A stretch of 64,000 nt of DNA from Myxococcota bacterium (GTDB lineage Bacteria > Myxococcota_A > UBA796 > UBA2385), in contig JBIJDH010000014.1 in NCBI GenBank assembly GCA_044344255.1, forward strand, positions 128,001-192,000, given 5' to 3'. The position numbers and the translations under genes were made by a program. The notes beneath the pieces were generated by a model. The model ran no database searches. It was given only the letters and a program-made list of their open reading frames with translations, and was not told where the DNA came from. Below, piece by piece: positions 20,554 through 30,025 of the stretch. Positions within the stretch are counted from its first letter, which is position 1, and each line of letters starts with the position of its first letter.

Positions 20554-22056
20554 ATGCTCGCCCGATCTCTCTCTGTGACTGGCCTCCTGCTGATCGGCCT
20601 CTCGTTCGGCCTCCTGCAGGGCGGCCTGGCCCACGCCGGGCCCGTCGAGACCGCCGAAGAGCTGCTCGAACGCGGGGAGCTGCCGACGGCCTACGCGCTG
20701 CTCGAGGCGCGCACCCGCGAGGTCCAGAGCGACGTGGCGGCGGCTGAGCTCTTCATCGACCTCATGGGGACGCTCTCCCGCGGCACCGAGGCCGAGCAGA
20801 TCTACCTCCAGCGCGCGCAGTCGAGGCCCTCCGCCGACGCCTGGTACCTCGCGGCGCGGGCCACGATGGAGCCCACCACCGCGGCGCAGCGCTACCAGGC
20901 GGCCCTCCAGCTCGAGCCGGAGCACGCCCGCGCCTGGATGGGCATGGGGGCGGTGCAGCGCTCCAAGCGCAGCTTCATCTCCGCCACCGAGTCGTATGGC
21001 CGCGCGGTCGCCCGAGATCCCGCCCTGGCCGAGGCCTGGACCGGCCTCATCGCCACGTGGCGGAGCCAAGGGGACCGCGACCAGGCCCTCGCCACCGCAC
21101 GCCGCGCCGTAGCGGCCGCCCCCCGCAACCGCAGCGCCTGGCTGACGATCGCGGAGCTGGCCCCCGGAGAGGCGGTGATCACCCTCGAGAAGGCCTCGGT
21201 CTTCCACCCCACTGACGGCCTCGTGCAGATGAACCTCGCCCGGGCCTGCTTCTCGGCCGAGCGCTGGGCAGAGGCCGCGGCTGCGTACCGCCGCGCCAGC
21301 CAGGCCCGCCCCGACGACGCCGACGTCCGCACGGAGGCCGCCCTGGTGGACGAGGTGCGGTCGGGCCTCCTCCAGGGCGCGGCGGCCAAGGGCCTCCTCG
21401 AGGTCCGCTCCACCATCGGCCGGGACCCCGCCGGCACGCTCCAGCGCCTCGACGCCATCGTGAAGGGCAACCCCCGCTCGGGCTGGGCCCTCCTCGTGCG
21501 GGGCAACGTGCGACAGGCGCGCGGGCAGCTCCCCGGCGCCGAGGAGGACCTCCGCGCCGCCCTCGACCGCATGCCCGGGAGCGCAGACGTGGCCGGAGCC
21601 CTCGGCGGCTTCCTCCTCGGACAGCGCCGCCCCCTCGAGGCCCGCACCTGGCTCGCCCAGGCCGCCTCTGCCCGCCCCGACGACGTGAACCTCGTCGTCG
21701 GCCTCGCCCTCGCCACCGCGGAGTCCGGCGATGTCCCCACCGCCGAGGCCGGGCTCCGCGCGGCCATCCGGAGCTTCCCGGGCAGCGCCTCGCCACCCCT
21801 CGCCCTCTCCCGCCTCCTCCTCAAGAAGGGCGATCCCCAGGGCGCCCTCAGCGTGCTGGTCGACGCCCTCGAGCGGCACCCGGACCCCGGGGTCGCCGCG
21901 GCCCTCGCGTCCACCGCGACCCGGCTCGGGAGGGTCGAAGAGGCGGCCCTCCTGCTCGAGGCGACCACCCGCAAGACCGGCGACCCGCGCTACGCCAAGG
22001 CTGCGGCCACCCTCCGGGAGTCGTGGAACAAAGCCGCTAGTTCAAAGGCGCCATGA
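20554..22056 (+). CDS. Exported tetratricopeptide repeat protein
   Basis: GGGAG RBS, signal peptide and multiple TPR-like units (ALQLEPEHARAWMGMG, AVARDPALAEAW). Confidence 0.8.
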   Translation: MLARSLSVTGLLLIGLSFGLLQGGLAHAGPVETAEELLERGELPTAYALLEARTREVQSDVAAAELFIDLMGTLSRGTEAEQIYLQRAQSRPSADAWYLAARATMEPTTAAQRYQAALQLEPEHARAWMGMGAVQRSKRSFISATESYGRAVARDPALAEAWTGLIATWRSQGDRDQALATARRAVAAAPRNRSAWLTIAELAPGEAVITLEKASVFHPTDGLVQMNLARACFSAERWAEAAAAYRRASQARPDDADVRTEAALVDEVRSGLLQGAAAKGLLEVRSTIGRDPAGTLQRLDAIVKGNPRSGWALLVRGNVRQARGQLPGAEEDLRAALDRMPGSADVAGALGGFLLGQRRPLEARTWLAQAASARPDDVNLVVGLALATAESGDVPTAEAGLRAAIRSFPGSASPPLALSRLLLKKGDPQGALSVLVDALERHPDPGVAAALASTATRLGRVEEAALLLEATTRKTGDPRYAKAAATLRESWNKAASSKAP

Positions 22057-22290
22057 ACTATCTTGAAGTAATTCGTCACATTGCTGTTGCACAAATTGGG
22101 GGTGCGTAGTTACTTTCGCAGTGCTTCCCGGTGGCGGCTGTAAACCACCTGTTCCACGAAAGCGCAGAGTGTCCCTGGCTGGCGGCTCCGCTGCCCTCCT
22201 CCGGCTCCTGCACCCGTAGAGCTCCCTGCCGCTGTTCCGCGCCTCGGGTCGTTCCCAAACAACCCCCGACTCCTCCGAGACCGCCGGCTG

Positions 22291-22992
22291 ATGACCGTAC
22301 TGTTGATCCTGGCCAGCCTCATTTCCGCGGCGAGCGCCCAGAAGAAGGGCCCTGACCTCGACGCGGAAGCACCCCAGATCTCCGATAGCGCGGAACCCCG
22401 CTTCGACGACACCGGCCTTGACTCCCTCTCCCGCTGTGACGCCCAGCGCCTGAGCGACCCCGTTCAGCTCCCCTGGATGCCCGAGCTCTTCGTCCGCTAC
22501 AACCCGAGCTCCACCTGGGGCACCCAAGCGATGGTCGACACCATCGTCAGCGCGGCCCAAGAGGTCGCCTGGCTCCTCCCCGACGCTGACCCCTTCCTCG
22601 TCGGCGACATCTCGCAGGAGCGCGGCGGCAACTTCCCAGGGCACAAGTCTCACCGCTCCGGTATCGACGCCGACATCGGCCTCTATGCCGCGAAGGGCAA
22701 GCAGAGCCCGAAGGGCTTTCGCAACTTCACCCCGAGCGAGCTCGACCTCGAGGCCAACTGGCTGCTCATCCGCTCCTTCCTCTCTACGGGTGAGGTCGAC
22801 CGCATCCTGCTCGACCAGAGCTTGATCAACGCCCTCCGGCGGTACACGATCAGCTCGGGAGAGCTCTCCCTCGCCGAGGCCGACGCCATCTTCCCCCTCC
22901 CCGGCACGGCCAAGCGCTGGGAGCTCTCGGGCGTGGTCCAGCACACGGTGGGCCACAAGAACCACATGCACATCCGGCTGCGCTGCGAGTAG
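22291..22992 (+). CDS. Penicillin-insensitive murein endopeptidase (MepA/LAS metallopeptidase family)
   Basis: WGT, VGDISQERGG, HKSHRSGIDAD and HKNHMHIR Zn-ligand motifs; signal peptide. Confidence 0.85.
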   Translation: MTVLLILASLISAASAQKKGPDLDAEAPQISDSAEPRFDDTGLDSLSRCDAQRLSDPVQLPWMPELFVRYNPSSTWGTQAMVDTIVSAAQEVAWLLPDADPFLVGDISQERGGNFPGHKSHRSGIDADIGLYAAKGKQSPKGFRNFTPSELDLEANWLLIRSFLSTGEVDRILLDQSLINALRRYTISSGELSLAEADAIFPLPGTAKRWELSGVVQHTVGHKNHMHIRLRCE

Positions 22993-23015
22993 GCGGGGCC
23001 GGGCCTGGAGAGGCC

Positions 23016-24005
23016 ATGCGGGTCCCGCCAACAGCGCCGCATGTCGCCTCCCTCGGCCTCTGGTTGATCTTCGGCGCCTCGAGCGCCTGGGGACAGGCGC
23101 CACCGCCCGTGGTCAACGGCAGCCCCACCGACGAGGCGCCCGGCGTCGGCGCCCTCTTCACCTGTGACGGGGCCCGCTGTGAGCTCCTCTGCTCGGGGGA
23201 GCTCATCGAGCCCCGCTGGGTGCTGACGGCGGGGCACTGCGTCGGGCCGCTGCTCGACGGCATCCGCGAGGGGCGGTCGGCCTGGTTCGGGGTCGGCAGC
23301 GACCTCACCCGGCTCTCGGAGTCCGTCGGTGTGCGGGGCGCCACGGCGCACCCCGGCTACCGCTTCGGCGAGGCCGGGGTGGCCCACGACGTCGGTCTGG
23401 TCGAGCTCGACGCCGCGATTGAGCTCGCGCCCGTCTTCCGGCTCGAGGCCCTCACCCCCACCGCAGACTGGACCGAGACCGACCTGCTCTGGGTGGGCTG
23501 GGGCACCACCGGCGACGGGCGCTCCGACGCCGGCGCCCGCCGCGCAGTCGAGATGCCGCTCATCGCCTGGGACGACCAGCTCCTCTACGCGTGGGACGTC
23601 GAAGACCGACAGAACCTCTGCGAGGGCGACTCGGGCGGCGCCGTCCTCCGCGCCGATCCGGACGGCGAGCTGGTGCTCGTCGGCGTCAGCTCCTTCGTCT
23701 TCGGTGACGACCCCGACACGCTCTGCGAGAGCGGAGGAGCCGCCGCCACCCGCCTCGACCAGCAGCTCTCCTGGATTGAGCCCCTCCTGGCCGAGGCGGG
23801 CTCGGAGACCGGGGAGCCCCAGGGCGGCGGCCTCACGGAGGGCGGAGGGGGCGAAGGTGCGGCCCCCTTCCAGCCAGAGCCGGAGGGGGGCTGCTCAACC
23901 CTCTCCCGAGCGCGGGGCCACGCCGAGCGCACAGCCCTGCTGCCCCTCTTCGGCCTGCTCTGCGCCCTCGGCGGGGCCCGGCGCCGCGCGGTCGGCGCTA
24001 CTTGA
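23016..24005 (+). CDS. Trypsin-like (S1) serine protease with a MYXO-CTERM-like C-terminal sorting signal
   Basis: VVNG mature start, LTAGHC, HDVGL and GDSGG; tail GGCS...hydrophobic...RRR. Confidence 0.88.
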   Translation: MRVPPTAPHVASLGLWLIFGASSAWGQAPPPVVNGSPTDEAPGVGALFTCDGARCELLCSGELIEPRWVLTAGHCVGPLLDGIREGRSAWFGVGSDLTRLSESVGVRGATAHPGYRFGEAGVAHDVGLVELDAAIELAPVFRLEALTPTADWTETDLLWVGWGTTGDGRSDAGARRAVEMPLIAWDDQLLYAWDVEDRQNLCEGDSGGAVLRADPDGELVLVGVSSFVFGDDPDTLCESGGAAATRLDQQLSWIEPLLAEAGSETGEPQGGGLTEGGGGEGAAPFQPEPEGGCSTLSRARGHAERTALLPLFGLLCALGGARRRAVGAT

Positions 24006-25065
24006 TCCGCACCGCCTGACAGAGGACGTCCACCCGCTCTGGCGCGGCGCCGCCGCAGGACTTGTCGCGGTACACGGTCACCACGTACTTGCCCGCCTTG
24101 CTGAAGGCATGATCGAAGCCCCAGGCGAGCTTCCCGCCCTCGTCGGCCACCGGTGCCCCCTTCTGCACCGGCTCGTACTGCACGAAGGTGTCCTGGGTAT
24201 AGGTACAGCCGGCCTCCGCCTTCGCGGTGATCTCACCCACGTAGCGGAAGGGCACGGCCGCGCCGACCCCCCAGTCGATCACCGACTCCCCGGGCTTGGC
24301 CGCGGCGCCGGGCGCGGAGAGGGCGACGAGGCTCTTGCTCTCCTTGCAGTGCTCGAAGACGAGCTCCTTGTCGGTGCGATTGAAGGCGGAGGTGCCGACG
24401 ATGTTCTCCATCTCTCGGACCTGACCGAAGGTCATGGTCTGGTACCGATCCGAGATGTTGATCCGGCACTTCTCGGTCTTGATCTTCACGTGGATCACAC
24501 CGCGGAGCTGGTTGTTCGGCTGGTTGAACATCAGCTTCATGTCCGCGAGCTCCTTCTCGGGGAGCTTCTTGACCTCCTCGAGCACCTTGTCGACCTCCTT
24601 CTGGGCCTCCTCCACCGAGGCTCCCGTGACGGCAGCCACCTCTGCGGCCGTGCACTCCTTGCCGTTGGCGATCAGGCTCCGGCAGAAGTCGCCGAGGCGC
24701 GGCGCGTCTTCGAGGCAGATGAGGCCGTCCTTCTCGGGGGCACAGCTGAACGTGTACATGTCGGTGAGCGCGCGGGCGTTGTACTTCACCTTGAGCGTGT
24801 CACCGTCTTTGAAGAAGCGGGCGCGGGCGAGGAGGTCATCCTCCTTCCCATTAGCGCCGTCGATCTCGCGGATGAACGCCTTCTCGGGGAGGGTCTCCGG
24901 GGTGAGGTCACAGGCTGGCTTGGCCTCAGCCTCCGCCTTCTTCTTGGCCTCTTCCTCGGCCCGCTTGTTCGTGCAGGCGCCGAGGACGGTCAGGGCGAGG
25001 AGCCCGCCCATCAGCCCGAGGCGCGGGAGAGGAGCGGGGAGAGACAAGTTCGGCCGTGCAGACAT
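23998..25065 (-). CDS. Hypothetical Cys-rich lipoprotein (355 aa)
   Basis: GGAGG RBS, lipobox VLGAC, TGCTATACT extended -10-like element upstream (+ strand 25094-25102) and strong codon bias. Confidence 0.8.
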   Translation of the reverse strand: MSARPNLSLPAPLPRLGLMGGLLALTVLGACTNKRAEEEAKKKAEAEAKPACDLTPETLPEKAFIREIDGANGKEDDLLARARFFKDGDTLKVKYNARALTDMYTFSCAPEKDGLICLEDAPRLGDFCRSLIANGKECTAAEVAAVTGASVEEAQKEVDKVLEEVKKLPEKELADMKLMFNQPNNQLRGVIHVKIKTEKCRINISDRYQTMTFGQVREMENIVGTSAFNRTDKELVFEHCKESKSLVALSAPGAAAKPGESVIDWGVGAAVPFRYVGEITAKAEAGCTYTQDTFVQYEPVQKGAPVADEGGKLAWGFDHAFSKAGKYVVTVYRDKSCGGAAPERVDVLCQAVRIK

Positions 25066-25128
25066 GAGGAACCTCCGGGGGAGCAGCGGCGCGAGTATAG
25101 CAAAGATCGGGATGTCGGAGATGGACGC

Positions 25129-25155
25129 AAAAAAACCGGCGGGAGGCCGCCGGTT
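25129..25155 (-). terminator. Rho-independent terminator of the aglRQS-like operon
   Basis: Perfect 9-bp stem AACCGGCGG/CCGCCGGTT with a 4-nt loop and an A7 tract on the + strand (U-tract on minus), just past the stop at 25177. Confidence 0.8.
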
Positions 25156-25176
25156 CTTTGGGGGACGAGGCTAAGA

Positions 25177-25785
25177 TCAGCCGCCGCCGCCCTCCGCGCC
25201 CTCTGCGCCCTCGCCCTCTGCCGGTTTGAGGGACGAGGACTCGTCCTTCACGGCGAAGTTGACGTGGGCCCAGCCCGCTGAGTTCATCGAGAAGATGACC
25301 TTGCGGACGAGGAGGAAGTCGGTGGTCTTGTCCGCCTGAACGATGATGTGACCGTCGAAGGCCTTGGTGGGGTCCCGGGGCTTGCCCAGGCGCTCCGCCA
25401 GCTTCTCCTCACGCTCCCGAACCGCCTTCAGCTGCTCGGTGAGCTCAGGGATGCCTTGCTCGGCTTCGTCCAGCTTGTCCTGGGTCGCGACCTCCTTGCC
25501 TTCAACCAACACCGTGCCCTGAAAAAGGGTGATCACGGGGCCGGTCTCGGCGAGGAGCTCGGCCTTCTTCGCGCCCGGCATCACGAGATCTTTCTGCGTG
25601 ATGTTGAGCTCGCCGGAGGCGGCGAAGCTCTGCAGGAGGAAGATGACGATAACCGTGAACATGTCCACCATGGCGGTCAGGTTCAACGAGATCATGCCGC
25701 TCTTCTTGCCGTGGCTGAAGGGCCCGCTGCGCAGCTTGCCCATCGGCTTCAGGAAGTGCCGCCTCTGAGGGACGGAAACAGGCAT
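25177..25785 (-). CDS. aglS: ExbD/TolR family protein, AglS-like
   Basis: LNLTAMVDMFTVIVIFLL TM segment with conserved Asp; IIVQADK; second TolR-like gene after a TolQ-like gene. Confidence 0.7.
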   Translation of the reverse strand: MPVSVPQRRHFLKPMGKLRSGPFSHGKKSGMISLNLTAMVDMFTVIVIFLLQSFAASGELNITQKDLVMPGAKKAELLAETGPVITLFQGTVLVEGKEVATQDKLDEAEQGIPELTEQLKAVREREEKLAERLGKPRDPTKAFDGHIIVQADKTTDFLLVRKVIFSMNSAGWAHVNFAVKDESSSLKPAEGEGAEGAEGGGG

Positions 25786-25794
25786 TGGACCTCC

Positions 25795-26331
25795 TCAGCC
25801 GCCGGCCGGAGCGGGGGCTCCGGGCACGGGGGTGCTGAGCTTCATGTTGGTGCTGGCGGGGCCCCCGCCGAGGAGGGTCTTGTCGAAGCCGTGAATACGA
25901 GAGATGTCCAAGGAGTGGATCATGTGCTCGTAGGTCACGCCGTCGTCGGTCACGATGACCACCTGCTTCTCTTCCGGGTTGGTCTCGCGGTCGGTCTTGA
26001 CGACCTCCTCGATCGCGACCCAGTCATACTCACCTTCACCGATCGAGGGGAAGTTCTTCATCTCCTCGATCTTCCGCAGCACCGCCACACCGTCTGCCCG
26101 GATGTGGATGGTGAGCGGCGGCAGAGGCGGCTTGTCAGGAGGAGTTTCCTCGGTGTTCGGCTGCGAGATCTCCTGGTCCACGTTCATCGAGCTCATCTGC
26201 AGCCAGACGGCCGTGGAGATGAGGAAGGTGATGATCGCGGAGAGGAGGTCGATGAAGGGCACGAGGTTCAAATCGAAGTTCTTCGACTTGCCTCTCCCGC
26301 CCTTCCCGCCGGTATCGACGGAGACACCCAT
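25795..26331 (-). CDS. aglQ: ExbD/TolR family protein, AglQ-like
   Basis: LNLVPFIDLLSAIITFLISTAVW TM segment with conserved Asp; Gly/Lys-rich N-terminus. Confidence 0.7.
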   Translation of the reverse strand: MGVSVDTGGKGGRGKSKNFDLNLVPFIDLLSAIITFLISTAVWLQMSSMNVDQEISQPNTEETPPDKPPLPPLTIHIRADGVAVLRKIEEMKNFPSIGEGEYDWVAIEEVVKTDRETNPEEKQVVIVTDDGVTYEHMIHSLDISRIHGFDKTLLGGGPASTNMKLSTPVPGAPAPAGG

Positions 26332-26362
26332 GGTTCACCTCAGCAGCTTGAAGGGGCCGAAA

Positions 26363-27040
26363 TCACTTGGCCTGGGCGCCTGCGCCTTCCATCTCTTCCT
26401 GGCCCTTGAAGAGCCGACGATTGGCGAGGACGAGGTTCATCTCGGTCACGACGGACTCGTTGATCGCGTCGGTGATGTGCTGAACCTTGGACTGCAGCCA
26501 GCCGAAGATGAAGAGCGCCGGGATGGCCGTGGCCAGACCGAAGGCGGTGCAGTTCATGGCCTCGGAGATACCGCCGGCGAGGATGGTCGCCTTCTGGGAG
26601 GCGTCCACGTGGGCCACGGCCTCGAAGCACTTGATCATGCCTTCGATGGTGCCGAGGAGGCCGAGGAGGGTCGCGCCGTTCGAGAGCACGGCGAGGAAGC
26701 CCACGCGCTTCTCGATATCGGGGACCTCACGGAGGCTCGCCTCGTCGAGGGCGGCCTGCACTTCGAGATCATCGCGGTGCGCCTTGAGGAGGCCGGCCTT
26801 GAGGATGCGGGAGATGGGGCCCTGCTTCTGGCTGTTGATGAAGCGGATGGCACCGTTGAGGTCGCCGCGGAGCACGTGGTTGTTCAGCCCCTTGAGGAGG
26901 GCCGACTTGTCTTCCCGCACGGTGACGTAGAGGAAGAAGACGCGCTCGACCGTGATGGACACCACCAGGATTCCGCAGATCAGGATGGGGTACATCCAGA
27001 TACCGCCGCCCTCAAACGCCTTTTGCATCGCTTCGAACAT
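26363..27040 (-). CDS. aglR: MotA/TolQ/ExbB proton channel protein, AglR-like
   Basis: ATG 27040 with GGAG RBS; MYPI..ER, EVQAALDEASLRE, LLGLLGT and GISEAMNCTAFGL. The family is certain; the agl assignment rests on recalled similarity and the 1 TolQ + 2 TolR order. Confidence 0.75.
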   Translation of the reverse strand: MFEAMQKAFEGGGIWMYPILICGILVVSITVERVFFLYVTVREDKSALLKGLNNHVLRGDLNGAIRFINSQKQGPISRILKAGLLKAHRDDLEVQAALDEASLREVPDIEKRVGFLAVLSNGATLLGLLGTIEGMIKCFEAVAHVDASQKATILAGGISEAMNCTAFGLATAIPALFIFGWLQSKVQHITDAINESVVTEMNLVLANRRLFKGQEEMEGAGAQAK

Positions 27041-27182
27041 CGGGACTCCATCCGGGCGCGGGGCCCGTGTCGTTTCATTGCCGGACACGAATGAGCTTGA
27101 TGATGCGGGAAAGGACTCTGCCGGTGGGTCTGCGGTTTGCAAAAACCTTCCGGGCTCTGCAAGTCGATGGGAGAACCACCGC

Positions 27183-27224
27183 TTGATCTCACCGGGTTGA
27201 TCTCACCGGGTTGATCTCACAGGG
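27183..27224. repeat. 14-bp tandem repeat x3 (TTGATCTCACMGGG) upstream of aglR
   Basis: ttgatctcaccggg ttgatctcaccggg ttgatctcacaggg. Confidence 0.85.
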
Positions 27225-27530
27225 AGCTCGAACCGACGCGATCCGCGCTGCCCAAGCACCCTCAGCGGCTGCCAGGGGTACCATGCGCTCCGACACCAGT
27301 CAATCCGAGCTTCCTCAGCGGCTTCGGGCGCCTACCGTGGCCGGGCCCCGCCAAGAGGGCGACGTACTCAAGATCAGCACGGCCGAAACGCCCCGATCGC
27401 CCGGAGCGGGGGCCTCGCAGGGCCGATCTCTGTTCTTGTGAGAAACGTGTGAGAAGGGCCCATTGGGGGCCCGATCCTCGCCGAAGACCGGCATCCACAC
27501 CCGGCGCGGCCGGCGCCCGTCCCACCGCGA

Positions 27531-28298
27531 TCACGGGGCCAATCCCGGCGCGGCGCCCTTGCGGACCCGAGCCTCGGGCAAGGAGAGCCCGAACCAAGTG
27601 CGGGGCTCGGCGGCCTGCTCGGCGAGCCAGGCCCGATCGCGGCGCTCGAAGTGCTCCACCGCGCAGGGGCTCCACAAGATCGGATCGCTCACCGACACAT
27701 CGCTCGCTGGCGTGGACGGCGGCTGATCGAGGGCCGCGACGAGCTCGCCCACCTCGTAGGTGAGCAGCACGCTCGTCTTGCAGCTCGTGTGGAGCTCCAC
27801 GATGTCGCGCCCCACTGCAAATGCGGCGTCGCTGTCACGGGTGGCGCGGGCGCCGAGGCGCGGCAGCTCTTCCAGGAGGGCTGTCGGATCGCGATCATCG
27901 GGCAGGTGGGTGATGCGGAGGACCACGGGGGCGAAGGCCCGCTGATCGGAGGGCTTCACCTCGACCCAGAGCTCCCACGAGATGTAGGTCAGCGCCTGGC
28001 AGCGCTGGATCATCTGCGCCCCCTCGGCGGCGAAGCGGGCGCTGAGCTCGGGGTCCCGCGCGGAGCGGATCGCGACGTCGCCCCCCGGCAAGGCGCTCGG
28101 GCAGAGCGGCCAGGCGGGAGCCGGGGGCCCATAGTGGAAGTCGAGCGTGGCCCCCTGGGGCCCGTAGTGGGCCTCGAGGCGATCGGCCCAGGTCTCGACG
28201 GCCGGGGGCATGCCCTCCGCCGCTCCGCGCGCGGGCTCCACGGCCCGGGCCCCCGCGCCGCCGACCAGGAGCAGACCGAGCAGGTACCGACGCGCCAC
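27531..28298 (-). CDS. Exported hypothetical protein
   Basis: GTG 2 nt after the upstream stop; signal peptide MARRYLLGLLLVGGAGARA. Confidence 0.6.
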   Translation of the reverse strand: MARRYLLGLLLVGGAGARAVEPARGAAEGMPPAVETWADRLEAHYGPQGATLDFHYGPPAPAWPLCPSALPGGDVAIRSARDPELSARFAAEGAQMIQRCQALTYISWELWVEVKPSDQRAFAPVVLRITHLPDDRDPTALLEELPRLGARATRDSDAAFAVGRDIVELHTSCKTSVLLTYEVGELVAALDQPPSTPASDVSVSDPILWSPCAVEHFERRDRAWLAEQAAEPRTWFGLSLPEARVRKGAAPGLAP

Positions 28299-28300
28299 CT

Positions 28301-29530
28301 TCAGCCCGCCGCCCGCGGCGGGGCCGGCGTCGCGATCGCCGGGCTCCAGCCCGCCAGGATGTCCTCGAGCAGGGAGAGCCGATCCTGGCCCCAGACGACG
28401 GGCTCGTCATCGACGATGAAGGACGGGGCCCCGAAGACCCCCGCGGCCACCGCGGCCTCGGTGTTGGCCCGCAGCCGATCCTTGACCGCCGGCTCGTTCG
28501 CCCGTTGCACGAGCGCAGGGTCGAGCCCCCCCTCGGTCAGCACCTCCGCCAGCACGGCGGGGTCGCCGATGTCTCGGCCCTGAGCCCAATAGGCCCGATA
28601 CATCGGGTGGATCGCCCGCGGCTCCAAGATGCTCACCCGCAGGGGGAGCACGGATCGGAGGGGGAAGTGGGCCGGGAAGCTGAAGTCGATCCCCCACCAG
28701 TCCGCCTGCTCGCCCAGATCGCGGGCCACCCAGGCCTGCTTCGCCTCCGGCAGCGTGAACAGCGGCACCTCCGGGGTGCCCACCGCCTTGAAGACCGCCC
28801 CGAGGAGCATCGGCACCCACTCGACCTCGCTGCCGTGCCGGCGGGCGATCGCCTCGACCTGGGTGGAGGCGATGTAGCTGAAGGGGCTCGAGAAGTCGTG
28901 GAAGACCCTCAAGCGACGGCCCGTGCGGTTGGAGAGGCGCACCATCGGCTCGACCCGGCGGCCCAGGAGCGCGGCCTCGAGGAGGTGGAGCCGATCCTGC
29001 CCCCACCAGAGCCGGTCACCGAGGCCGAAGGCCGGCACGCCGATCACCCCCGCCGCCGCGGCCGCCGCGGTGTTCTCCCGCAGGGCCCGCTTGGTGGACT
29101 CCTCGGTGAGGCGCTCGGGATCGATGCCATGGGCCCGCGCGAGGCCAGCGATGAGCTCGGCGGTGAGCTCAGCGCCCTCCGCCCAGTAGGCCTCGAAGAG
29201 CGCGTGCGTGAGCGCAGCGCGCGTGGCCCCCTCGGCGAGGGTGAGCAGGCGCATCGCGCTCACGGTGCGCTGTGGGTGGCTGGCCGGCCGACAAAACGGG
29301 AGGTCAGCCCGCGCGGTCTGCAAGGCGATGTCGCGCTCCCCGTGGGCGAACTTCGCGGGCCCCCACGCAGCGGCGGGGACGGCGGCCGTGCCCACCTCTT
29401 GAAAGATGCCGCCGAGCAGGATCGGGCGGAGCTCCACCTCGGCGCCCGTCGCGGCGGCGAGGCGCAGCAGACGGTGGTACCCGATCCGGGCATACGGGCA
29501 GACGACGTCGTAATAAAAGGCGATGCGCAT
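28301..29530 (-). CDS. Tandem two-domain DsbA-family protein (2-hydroxychromene-2-carboxylate isomerase/kappa-class GST-like)
   Basis: Domain 1 YYDVVCPY...GVIGVPAF...WWGQDR; domain 2 FHDFSSPF...GVFGAPSF...VWGQDR. Confidence 0.88.
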   Translation of the reverse strand: MRIAFYYDVVCPYARIGYHRLLRLAAATGAEVELRPILLGGIFQEVGTAAVPAAAWGPAKFAHGERDIALQTARADLPFCRPASHPQRTVSAMRLLTLAEGATRAALTHALFEAYWAEGAELTAELIAGLARAHGIDPERLTEESTKRALRENTAAAAAAGVIGVPAFGLGDRLWWGQDRLHLLEAALLGRRVEPMVRLSNRTGRRLRVFHDFSSPFSYIASTQVEAIARRHGSEVEWVPMLLGAVFKAVGTPEVPLFTLPEAKQAWVARDLGEQADWWGIDFSFPAHFPLRSVLPLRVSILEPRAIHPMYRAYWAQGRDIGDPAVLAEVLTEGGLDPALVQRANEPAVKDRLRANTEAAVAAGVFGAPSFIVDDEPVVWGQDRLSLLEDILAGWSPAIATPAPPRAAG

Positions 29531-29569
29531 CGGGTGACCCTAACCCCCTCTCCCCGCTGCCGGTGCACC

Positions 29570-30025
29570 ATGTTCCGACCCACCCCCGAGCGAGAGCAGG
29601 AAGGCGAAGAAGGCGACGGCGACGCGGTCAGCGAGGGCCCACCCGGCGCCAGCGGACACGATCCCCGCCTGAAGTCCGTGCGGGTGGACAAGTGGCTCTG
29701 GGCCGCCCGAATGTTCAAGACGCGGACGTCGGCGACGGAGTCCTGCGACGGTGGCCACGTCCGGGTGAACGAGGGTGGGGTGAAGCCCGCCCACGCGGTC
29801 AAGCTGGGCGACCGGGTCGAGGTGGTCACCCCGGGCGGCCTCCGGGTGCTCGAGGTGGTGGGCCTCGCCGAGAAGCGCGGTCCTGCCTCGGTCGCACGCA
29901 CGCTCTATGTCGATCACAGCCCGCCGCCGCCCCCGCGCACCCTGATGGCCAGCATCGAACGGGAGCACGGTCGCCTCGACCGCCGAGACCGTCGAGACGC
30001 CCAGCAGCTCCGGGGTCGCTGGTGA
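29570..30025 (+). CDS. hslR: RNA-binding S4 domain protein (Hsp15/HslR family)
   Basis: VRVDKWLWAARMFKTR...GGHVRVN...KPAHAVKLGD...KRGPASVARTLY; start approximate. Confidence 0.85.
   Translation: MFRPTPEREQEGEEGDGDAVSEGPPGASGHDPRLKSVRVDKWLWAARMFKTRTSATESCDGGHVRVNEGGVKPAHAVKLGDRVEVVTPGGLRVLEVVGLAEKRGPASVARTLYVDHSPPPPPRTLMASIEREHGRLDRRDRRDAQQLRGRW

Noticed and set aside
27061..27180. c-di-GMP-I riboswitch suggested by GCAAACC on the minus strand
   Set aside because: The following GNRA-capped stem and GACGCAAAG-type consensus are not present.
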